In this document: positions 24,100 to 31,635 of the stretch, in pieces | Layout: every line of letters starts with the position of its first letter | Position numbering within the stretch: position 1 is the first letter of the stretch | NCBI GenBank assembly: GCA_900753295.1 | Contig: CAADYQ010000066.1 | Span: 1 to 54,992, forward strand | From: Clostridia bacterium | GTDB lineage: Bacteria > Bacillota > Clostridia > Oscillospirales > CAG-272 | Direction: 5' to 3' | Length of the DNA stretch: 54,992 bases | Translations under genes and position numbers: made by a program | Notes under the pieces: model-generated | What the model was told of the DNA's origin: nothing | The model's database searches: none | The model's input: the letters and a program-made list of their open reading frames with translations, nothing else

Positions 24100-25995
24100 A
24101 TGTCAGTAGATATTAAATGGCAGGTGCCAAAGGCACAGCCGGAGGCCAGCGAACTGGCCGTCGTATATGCTCGGTACTCAAGTCACAGTCAGGGAGAACA
24201 GTCCATCGAAGGGCAGCTCTCCAACGCGAGAGACTACGCCGCCGCACACGGCTACACCATCGTGCATGAATACGTTGACAGAGCAAAGAGCGGTCGGACG
24301 GATAACCGCGCCGAGTTCCAGCAGATGCTGAAGGACACGGCCAAAAGGCAATTCAGTGTTATCATTCTCTGGAAGGTTGACCGCTTCGGACGTAACCGCG
24401 AGGAGATCGCCATAAACAAGATGAAGTGCCGCAAGAACGGCGTGCGCGTCGAGTATGTGGCGGAAACCATCCCTGACAGCCCGGAGGGCGTGATCCTCGA
24501 AAGCGTGCTGGAAGGCTTCGCGGAGTATTACAGCCTACAGCTGTCGCAGAACATCCGCCGTGGCCGTGCTGAGAGCGCCGAGAAGTGCCAGTCGCTGGGC
24601 GGAAACCGCCCGCTGGGGTACAAGACCGGGCCGGACAAAAAGTTTGTCATAGACGAAAATACCGCGCCCACAGTGAAGATGATCTTCACCATGTATGCGG
24701 ATGGCAAGACAGTTACGGAAATCGTTGACAAGCTGAATGAAATGGGTCTGCGGACGTTGCGCGGTGGCCCCTTCACCAAGAACAGCTTGCATTCGATTCT
24801 GAAGAACAAGAAATACATCGGCATTTATGAGTATCAAGGCCGCGAGATCAAGAACGGCGTTCCTCGGATTATCGAGGACGACGTGTTTAACAAAGTACAG
24901 GAAATGCTGAAGATCAACAAACGAGCACCGGCGAAAACATGGTCGCGCGCCGACTACATCCTCACGGACAAGCTGTTTTGCGGCAAGTGCGGCGCTCTGA
25001 TGTTCGGCGAGAGCGGCACCAGTAAAACCGGCGCAAAGCATAATTACTACATCTGCTCCAACAAGAAGCGCTTCCGCTCCTGCGACAAAAAGGCCGTGCG
25101 ACAGGCAGACATTGAGGACACCGTGCTCAACGCCACCCATGAGCTGCTGCAAGACGACGAGCTGCTGGACTACATCGTTGACCGCACATGGGAGTATTAC
25201 CTTGCACAGGACAACAGTCAAGAGGAGCTGCGTAACCTTCAGCGGCAGCTTGCACAGACTGACACCGCCATATCAAACCTCATTCGGGCCATTGAGGCCG
25301 GAATACTGACCGAGGAAACCAAGAAGCGCATGGACGAGCTGACGCAGCAGAAAGCCGACCTGAAGGCGTCCATTGCCGACAGGGAAATCGCCCGCGGTTT
25401 CCACCTGCAAAAATCCCATATCGCATTTTATCTCCGCAGCCTGCGTGATGCTGACTGGTCGGACAAAGAGGCACAAAAGCGCCTGATCCAGACCTTCGTG
25501 AACGCGGTATTCGTTTACGACGACCACATAACGTTGACGTACAACTTCAGCGGAGATAAAAGCACCGTCACACTGCGTGATATGCAGCGTTTTGAAGACG
25601 GGGAGGAGTTCGGATGCCGTGCGTCTCGCTCCACCAATAACAAAAGGACGGCTTTAGCCGTTCTTTTGTTATTGAAGAAGCATCGAATAATTCGAACCCC
25701 CTCAAGCCCGAAGGGCTTGAAAAGGTTTGCGCCAGAAGAAACCACGGAGTCTGTACAAACAGACGCGCAAACCGGGGTTCAGAATCCCCTATGCTCCACC
25801 AATAACAAAAGGACGGCTTTAGCTGTCCTTTTGTTATTGAAGAAGTATCGAATAATTCGAACCCCCTCAAGCCCGAAGGGCTTAAAAAGGTTTGCGCCAG
25901 AAGAAACCACGGAGTCTGTACAAACAGACGCGCAAACCGGGGTTCAGAATCCCCGGCGTTCCTTATCATACGCGCGTGAGGAAATATACCCGTAA
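24100..25995 (+). CDS. Large serine recombinase (phage integrase); the native 3' end is uncertain
   Basis: Catalytic VVYARYSSHSQGEQSIEGQ, resolvase core ILWKVDRFGRN, recombinase domain, and zinc ribbon CGKCG...YYICSNKKRFRSC. The last ~125 codons run through the tandem repeat. Confidence 0.9.
   Translation: MSVDIKWQVPKAQPEASELAVVYARYSSHSQGEQSIEGQLSNARDYAAAHGYTIVHEYVDRAKSGRTDNRAEFQQMLKDTAKRQFSVIILWKVDRFGRNREEIAINKMKCRKNGVRVEYVAETIPDSPEGVILESVLEGFAEYYSLQLSQNIRRGRAESAEKCQSLGGNRPLGYKTGPDKKFVIDENTAPTVKMIFTMYADGKTVTEIVDKLNEMGLRTLRGGPFTKNSLHSILKNKKYIGIYEYQGREIKNGVPRIIEDDVFNKVQEMLKINKRAPAKTWSRADYILTDKLFCGKCGALMFGESGTSKTGAKHNYYICSNKKRFRSCDKKAVRQADIEDTVLNATHELLQDDELLDYIVDRTWEYYLAQDNSQEELRNLQRQLAQTDTAISNLIRAIEAGILTEETKKRMDELTQQKADLKASIADREIARGFHLQKSHIAFYLRSLRDADWSDKEAQKRLIQTFVNAVFVYDDHITLTYNFSGDKSTVTLRDMQRFEDGEEFGCRASRSTNNKRTALAVLLLLKKHRIIRTPSSPKGLKRFAPEETTESVQTDAQTGVQNPLCSTNNKRTALAVLLLLKKYRIIRTPSSPKGLKRFAPEETTESVQTDAQTGVQNPRRSLSYAREEIYP
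25628..25954. repeat. Two tandem copies (25628-25789, 25793-25954; period 165 bp) of a highly structured 162-nt element
   Basis: I see 4 mismatches in 162 nt. Each copy has a 17-bp hairpin AATAACAAAAGGACGGC-TTTA-GCCGTCCTTTTGTTATT, palindrome TCGAAT-A-ATTCGA, AAGCCC-GAA-GGGCTT, and GGTTTGCGC...GCGCAAACC enclosing GTCTGT-ACAA-ACAGAC. Confidence 0.9.
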
Positions 25996-26054
25996 GATGA
26001 AGAACGGGATGTCCGAAAGCTGTGCGGAGTGGAGGCTTTCGTGTATAGCTCAAT

Positions 26055-26080
26055 GACGGCGTGTGCCGTCTTTTTTCTTT
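26055..26080 (+). terminator. Intrinsic terminator closing the lysogeny operon / prophage edge
   Basis: GACGGC-GTGT-GCCGTC followed by TTTTTTCTTT. Confidence 0.6.
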
Positions 26081-26191
26081 ACTAATGTGTACTCTGTATA
26101 TTGGTGTTCACTTGCCGGCGGTGTTTGCGATTTATGATTATTTGTTCTTTTTGCGGCTACGCCGTGTCACCGTATAATGCGATAAATCGTG

Positions 26192-26220
26192 TTGACAATT
26201 TCAACAATGTATGATATACT
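26192..26220 (+). promoter_or_regulatory. Near-consensus sigma-70-type promoter
   Basis: TTGACA (26192-26197), 17-nt spacer, TGaTATACT extended -10 (26215-26220). About 30 nt upstream of the 26252 ORF. Confidence 0.6.
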
Positions 26221-26251
26221 TGAAGCATAAATATAAAGATGGTGAATTTGA

Positions 26252-26731
26252 ATGTCGTTCGATTACGGTGTTTACTTCAGGCAGAATTGTATCGTTCCGT
26301 TGCTTCTTTTGCTGTTTTTTGCGGTTCTGCTTATCCGCGTCGGCTACAGGCTGGTCTTAAGACTTTCAAAAAACTTCTGCCTCGGCGCATTAAAAGAAAA
26401 CTCATTGACACTTGTTTTGCTTGCCGTACTCATTCTTTTTATAACGATAAGTGCGGTGCCTTTGCTGCGTGGCGGGATATACCTTTTGTTTGAAAAGGAG
26501 TCCGACGCTGTTGAAGTGAGCGGTGTTATTGAACGCACTGTGGAGATCGACGGGATAACGGGCGGTAAATACGGGACCGAAAACAATAACGGCAGGGGCG
26601 AGGTACTGATCGTGAACGGAGAAAAATATTATCTTACCACATACGGCGATCTGAAAGTCGGCGACAGCGTGGTGATGTCGGTGCTACCGCGTAGCAGGTT
26701 TGTTCTTAATATACAAAAGAAAGACCGGTAA
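26252..26731 (+). CDS. Membrane protein (2 TM) with a small C-terminal beta-rich domain, function unknown
   Basis: IVPLLLLLFFAVLLI and LTLVLLAVLILFITISAVPLL are hydrophobic spans. Consensus promoter upstream. Confidence 0.55.
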   Translation: MSFDYGVYFRQNCIVPLLLLLFFAVLLIRVGYRLVLRLSKNFCLGALKENSLTLVLLAVLILFITISAVPLLRGGIYLLFEKESDAVEVSGVIERTVEIDGITGGKYGTENNNGRGEVLIVNGEKYYLTTYGDLKVGDSVVMSVLPRSRFVLNIQKKDR

Positions 26732-26786
26732 GTTACTTGCCGCCGGGCGCAGACGTATTGGATGAAAGAATAAAAAGGAGTCTACT

Positions 26787-27414
26787 ATGAAGAAGCAGGG
26801 CAATGCAAAGGAGTATATGTCATTTGACGATGCCGTACCGGTGCTGATAAGGCTTTGCGCCATAATGGTCCCGATAATGGCTGTGGATAATGGGGCTGCT
26901 TGTAACGAACAGGGTCGGCTTGGGCTATGATGGCTTTGCGGCGGATTCACACGAGCGTATATACGCCGGCAGGTCGGGTGTGATCGATATATACGAAAAC
27001 GGAAAAAAGGTCGGTGAGGCAGAGGCTCCGTCATCACGTTGGTACTCATTCATGATAGATGATAATGACAGGATCATATCGGTCCGGGGCGCGGAGGCGT
27101 ATTATATATCCGATCTTGACGGCAGGGTGATCGAAAAACGCGAGTACAGCTCTGATGTGTATGACGAGATTTTAAAGCGCCGGAAGCAGTTCAGCTCTCC
27201 GGCGGGCAGGGAATACACTGTGAGTAATATATTCGGCTATTACAGGGTCCTGCGTGATGACGGCGTCTGTGCTTTTGCCATGCCCGTGTTTGATTATATA
27301 ATAAATTTGATGCTTTTTGCAATGTTCCCGTGCTTGCTCACGTTCGTGCTGGTCTTGCTCACAAAAATGGGCAGGATATCATGGGGACGAAAAAAAGCGC
27401 CGTCTGTGAAATGA
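26787..27414 (+). pseudogene. Membrane-anchored hypothetical protein, apparently frameshifted near 26875-26892
   Basis: ATG at 26787 with an AAGGAG RBS opens a 47-codon ORF (MKKQGNAKEY...VPVLIRLCAIMVPIMAV). The main 174-aa ORF (26890-27414) is in the +1 frame and has no RBS of its own. Confidence 0.4.
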
Positions 27415-27424
27415 CGGCGCTTTA
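27391..27424. terminator. Hairpin between convergent genes
   Basis: AAAGCGCCGTC-tgtgaaat-GACGGCGCTTT overlaps the stop of the 26890 ORF. A-tract upstream, only a short T-tract downstream. Confidence 0.4.
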
Positions 27425-27522
27425 ACGCTCAACAAGACTGAATATGTCCCGGCGCATAATGGCAGGATATACATCGAAAACGAGTACAGGCATTTGACAT
27501 GAGGCGCCGGACAGTCACGGGC

Positions 27523-28860
27523 TCAGTCGGTCAGTGGAACATAATATTCGGAAGTTGAGGAGATGATGATGCTTGTGAAGCCGCGCGTATTGGAAAGCGC
27601 GCATATAAATTCCGGCGTGAGGTTTTCGGGAGCAAGTGTGAATCCGACCCCTCTGTCCCATGATGCAAAATTTTTGAACATATCGGAATTCCGGGAGAGG
27701 ACATCTTCGGTTTTCCAATCGTATTCCGGGTCTGCCCTCATGCCGGGAATGGTGATCCTTACAACTATATTATCGTTGCGGCGGTTGGCTTCGGTGACGA
27801 GAAGGCTCAATACCTTTGCAAGATAGTCGGTATCCCGGTAAAGATTGTGATCCCGGAATGCACTGTGATCTACATAGTATTCATCTACGGAGATGTAATA
27901 GTTAGATACGGTCAGCTTTTTAAGATCAGCGTCCGCAAGCTCCGATGCTGTATATTCTATCGGTGCTATATCATCGAGAAGTCCGGCGTCCGACTCGTAT
28001 TGCATTTTACGGGCAATCGACAGATAGCAGGAGGACGTGTCGGATAGCGCATCAAATGCGCGACCAAGCTCGCGCTTTGTGGCGAACAGATACAGCGTTT
28101 CTTTCTCCACGGAGCAGTTTATCCCGGCGCTTTTCAGCTCGGCACAGTATTTTTCGGCAAAGCTGAGTTTGAATGCACGCACGGCGGCAGAGTATTCGCG
28201 CGGCTCGTGAAATCCAAAGCTGTATGACATATCATCGATATCGGCGTCAAGACTCTCTGTGTCTATCCTGCCATCCTTTGTATATCTTTCGATAAGGTCG
28301 GCGTATTTGTTTTGCAGTTCGGCAAGATACTCCGGACTGCTCGCCGTCGGCGCTCCGTCGTATGCCGGCAGCTCGTTCTGCTCGAGGTGCTTTTTGAAAA
28401 AGCGGAGCCGCTCAAGCGTTTTTTCACGGTTTTCATATTCGTAGCGGATGTCGGACAATAGCCTGCCGTTATACACGAATTCTCCGGGTATTTTTCCGGT
28501 GTGTGTGAGAGTAAGGGTGAAAACGCTCGTATCATTGTCATCGATCTTTTCCAGAATGTCGTAAAGCGACTTCCGGGTCATCACACCGTGCCACAGGGGA
28601 CCTCTATCGTGATTATCATCCACCGCGGGGGGATTGGGACTTTCAGTCCCCTCCGATGTGGTATCGGGCGGCAGCGGTTGGCGTTTTAATGCCATGGATA
28701 CCACCGGGATAGCAACTATCATAAACGCAAGGCATGCGGCAAGCGCTGATACAAAGCGCTTGGCGCGCCTTTTTTTCAGCTTTTTTTCGGTCGCGAGATA
28801 GTCACCTATTATGTCGGCATCAAGCGTGCCGAGGGCGTCGGTCAGAAGTTCTTGTTTCAT
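27523..28860 (-). CDS. Putative anti-sigma factor (single TM, large extracytoplasmic domain)
   Basis: ATGA overlap with the sigma gene. N-terminus MKQELLTDALGTLDADIIGDYL, basic stretch, then TM FVSALAACLAFMIVAIPVV. Confidence 0.6.
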   Translation of the reverse strand: MKQELLTDALGTLDADIIGDYLATEKKLKKRRAKRFVSALAACLAFMIVAIPVVSMALKRQPLPPDTTSEGTESPNPPAVDDNHDRGPLWHGVMTRKSLYDILEKIDDNDTSVFTLTLTHTGKIPGEFVYNGRLLSDIRYEYENREKTLERLRFFKKHLEQNELPAYDGAPTASSPEYLAELQNKYADLIERYTKDGRIDTESLDADIDDMSYSFGFHEPREYSAAVRAFKLSFAEKYCAELKSAGINCSVEKETLYLFATKRELGRAFDALSDTSSCYLSIARKMQYESDAGLLDDIAPIEYTASELADADLKKLTVSNYYISVDEYYVDHSAFRDHNLYRDTDYLAKVLSLLVTEANRRNDNIVVRITIPGMRADPEYDWKTEDVLSRNSDMFKNFASWDRGVGFTLAPENLTPEFICALSNTRGFTSIIISSTSEYYVPLTD

Positions 28861-29429
28861 ACATACACTCCGTTCTTTTCGAGGTGCGCGCGCAGACCCG
28901 CGCGGATCGCGGCAAGCTCCTTGTGTACGCCGGACCGCGTTATACCCAGGTCGGAGGCTATCGCGGCGGCTGATCTTGACATATAGTAGCGCGCGACAAA
29001 CATATATCGGCGGCGTTCGCCGAGGCTGCGCACATACTCGCCTATGAGCCTGCCAAGCTCGGCGGCTTCAAGCTCGCGGTCGGGACCCGCAAGCGTTTCG
29101 CTCAACTCGTCAATTGACACGGTAAGCTCGGAGGGGACGCGCTTTTTGGCATTTCCGGCTTTGTAGCGGTTTATCGCTATGCGCCGCGCTATCTGTGTGA
29201 TAAAGGCGGGCAGGATCGCGGGACGTGTCGGCGGTATCGCGTTCCATACCGCAAGGTATGTGTCGTTCCGGCATTCCTCGCTGTCGCATTTGTCCGCGAG
29301 AATGCCGAACGCCAGCCCGAAGATCAACCTGCCGTATTTGCGGTCGGTGGCGCGTATTGCATTTTCGTCGCGCTCCCAGTACATTTCAATGATGTCCTCA
29401 TCTGTGGGATGCCCTTTTGGTCTGTCCAT
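28857..29429 (-). CDS. ECF-like sigma-70 family RNA polymerase sigma factor
   Basis: Region 2 (IIEMYWERDENAI...DTYLAVWNAIPP) and region 4 HTH (RRRYMFVARYYMSRSAAAIASDLGITRSGVHKEL). Confidence 0.85.
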   Translation of the reverse strand: MDRPKGHPTDEDIIEMYWERDENAIRATDRKYGRLIFGLAFGILADKCDSEECRNDTYLAVWNAIPPTRPAILPAFITQIARRIAINRYKAGNAKKRVPSELTVSIDELSETLAGPDRELEAAELGRLIGEYVRSLGERRRYMFVARYYMSRSAAAIASDLGITRSGVHKELAAIRAGLRAHLEKNGVYV

Positions 29430-29537
29430 GCTTTCTCCTTTCTTGTCGCGGTGCCTTCACTTATATATGTCACAAAAAAACGTAAAAAGCGGAGTGTATT
29501 CAATAAAATTATATCAGAAAATTTATCATTGAGCAAG

Positions 29538-29580
29538 AAAAAAGGGCGCTGAAAAACTCAAATGAGTTTTTCAGCGCCCC
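29538..29580 (-). terminator. Intrinsic terminator of the PEPCK gene (member of a palindromic element family)
   Basis: GGGCGCTGAAAAACTCA-N2-TGAGTTTTTCAGCGCCC (17-bp stem) followed on the minus strand by TTTTTTC. Confidence 0.75.
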
Positions 29581-29596
29581 AAATATAATTATGAAC

Positions 29597-31381
29597 TTAT
29601 GCGCGAAGTCTTGCTTCGAGAGCGGAAAGTTCCTCGTACATCTCGGCGGGGACGTGATCTCCGACCTGAGCGTAGAACTCCTTGATGTTCTCGATATCGG
29701 CAAGCCATGCTTCCTTGTCAACGCTTACAAGGTCGCGGATGGTGTCAACGGTTATGCCGTCAAGACCTTCAATGTTGATGTCCTCAGCCTTCGGAACGTA
29801 ACCGATAGCGGTGAGGTCGGCATCGACCTTGTCCTCGCAACGGGCAAGGATCCAGTCAACAACGCGGAGGTTGTCGCCAAATCCGGGCCAGATGAAGTTG
29901 CCGTCGGCATCGGTGCGGAACCAGTTGACGTGGAAGATCTTCGGTGCGTGAGGAATGATCTTGCCCATGTCAAGCCAATGCTGCCAGTAGTCGCCCATGT
30001 TGTAGCCGACGAAGGGACGCATTGCCATCGGGTCGCGACGGACTACGCCGACCGCACCGGCAGCTGCTGCGGTGGTCTCCGAAGCCATGATGGAGCCGAC
30101 AAAGGTACCGTTCTGCCAGCTGGTGGACTGATATACCAGCGGAGCGGTCTTGGCGCGTCTTCCGCCGAAGATGATGGCGGAAACGGGAACGCCCGCGGGA
30201 TTGTTGAATTCCTTGGAGAGGCAGGGGCAGTTGACTGCCTTGGCGGTAAAGCGGCTGTTGGGATGAGCACCGGAGGTGTTGACCTTGTCAGCCTTGTTGT
30301 ACTTGGTGTAATCCCACTTCTCGCCCTTCCAGTTGAGAGCGTTCTTGGGAGGATTATTGTCAAGGCCTTCCCACCATACGGTGTTGTTGTCAAGGTTGTG
30401 GCACACGTTGGTGAAGATGGTGTCCTTCATGCAGGTGTGGAGAGCGTTCGGGTTGGACTTTTCGTTGGTGCCGGGGGCAACGCCGAAGAAGCCGTTCTCG
30501 GGGTTCATAGCCCACAGTCTGCCGTCCTTGCCTATGCGCAGCCATGCAATGTCGTCGCCGACGGTCCAGGTCTTGAAGCCCTTCTTGCGATAGACCTCAG
30601 GCGGAATGAGCATTGCGAGGTTGGTCTTGCCGCAGGCAGAGGGGAATGCGGCGCAGACATACTTGACCTCGCCGTCCGGGAACTCAACACCGAGGATGAG
30701 CATATGCTCAGCCATCCAGTTTTCCTTGCGGCCGAGGTAGGAGGCGATACGGAGAGCGAAGCACTTCTTGCCGAGCAGAACGTTTCCGCCGTAGCCGGAG
30801 TTGACCGACCAGATGGTGTTGTCCTGAGGGAAGTGGCATATGTAGCGGTTGTTCTCATCAAGCTGCGCCTTGGAGTGCAGGCCCTTGATGTAGTTGTCGC
30901 TGTCGCCGATGGCATCGAGGATATCGTTGCCAACACGGGTCATGATGAGCATGTTGAGCACGACGTAAATGGAGTCGGTAAGCTCAATGCCGTACTTTGC
31001 AAAGTCGGAGCCTACGATACCCATGGAGTAGGGGATAACGTACATGGTTCTGCCCTTCATGGAGCCGCGGTAGATCTTTTTAAGTCTCTCGTAGCACTCA
31101 TTCGGCTCGATCCAGTTGTTGATGTTGCCTGCTTCCTCCTTTGTGGGGGTGCAGATGAAGGTTCTGCCTTCAACACGTGCAACGTCGTTGACGGCGGTGC
31201 GGTGCAGATAGCAACCGGGGAGAAGCTCCTGGTTGAGCTTTATCATTTCGCCGGTCGAGCATGCCTCGGCACGGAGCTTTTCAGCCTGCTCCTCGCTACC
31301 GTCTATCCAGACGATATTGTCGGGGCAGGTCATCTCGGCCATTTCCTTGACCCAGTCAAGAATGTACTTGTTGGTGGTCAT
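29597..31381 (-). CDS. pck: Phosphoenolpyruvate carboxykinase (GTP)
   Basis: 594 aa with GTP-PEPCK signatures: PDNIVWIDGSEE, FPSACGKTNLAM (kinase-1a), GDDIAWL, HPNSRF, IIFGGRR. Confidence 0.92.
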   Translation of the reverse strand: MTTNKYILDWVKEMAEMTCPDNIVWIDGSEEQAEKLRAEACSTGEMIKLNQELLPGCYLHRTAVNDVARVEGRTFICTPTKEEAGNINNWIEPNECYERLKKIYRGSMKGRTMYVIPYSMGIVGSDFAKYGIELTDSIYVVLNMLIMTRVGNDILDAIGDSDNYIKGLHSKAQLDENNRYICHFPQDNTIWSVNSGYGGNVLLGKKCFALRIASYLGRKENWMAEHMLILGVEFPDGEVKYVCAAFPSACGKTNLAMLIPPEVYRKKGFKTWTVGDDIAWLRIGKDGRLWAMNPENGFFGVAPGTNEKSNPNALHTCMKDTIFTNVCHNLDNNTVWWEGLDNNPPKNALNWKGEKWDYTKYNKADKVNTSGAHPNSRFTAKAVNCPCLSKEFNNPAGVPVSAIIFGGRRAKTAPLVYQSTSWQNGTFVGSIMASETTAAAAGAVGVVRRDPMAMRPFVGYNMGDYWQHWLDMGKIIPHAPKIFHVNWFRTDADGNFIWPGFGDNLRVVDWILARCEDKVDADLTAIGYVPKAEDINIEGLDGITVDTIRDLVSVDKEAWLADIENIKEFYAQVGDHVPAEMYEELSALEARLRA

Positions 31382-31635
31382 GTGGTTTTCTCCTTTGATT
31401 TATCTATTGTTATTTTTTTAACAATGGTGTGTCCCAGTGGAACATTTTCACCTATATTGTACATCAAAAGGAGTTTTTTTTCAAGGGGGATTTCAAATGT
31501 TACATTTCATTAACAGTCCTTGCCGCCCGGCAGGGAAAAGATATACATTATGCACACAAAAAGCTTGGGGCATTGCCTTGAAAATTATGCTGATTAATTG
31601 TATAATAAATCATCCTATTAACACGGAGTTTCGTC

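Larger units (their letters stand above)
1..26080. mobile_element. Integrated temperate prophage, right arm (left end outside window; right end near the serine recombinase)
   Basis: Contiguous phage modules: minor capsid, portal, terL, terS, late regulator, replication genes, Cro/cI divergent pair, serine recombinase. Followed by a terminator and a switch to host housekeeping genes. Confidence 0.85.

Noticed and set aside
25700-25790. tRNA-like T-arm signals in the repeat unit (GGGGTTCAGAATCCCC on plus; GGGGGTTCGAATTATTCG on minus)
   Set aside because: The first has an 8-nt loop with the wrong conserved positions. The second has no complementary 3' stem, and there is no acceptor, D or anticodon arm. 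It is not a tRNA or tmRNA remnant that I can support.
25568-26053. 161-aa minus-strand ORF with an internal protein repeat
   Set aside because: The repeat simply mirrors the 165-bp DNA tandem duplication. There is no RBS and no recognisable family, and it would run antisense into the integrase. I treated it as a by-product of the repeat.
29591-31513. 640-aa plus-strand ORF
   Set aside because: It is exactly antisense to the unmistakable GTP-PEPCK gene. Its translation is Gly/Val/Ala/Asp-rich with no motifs.
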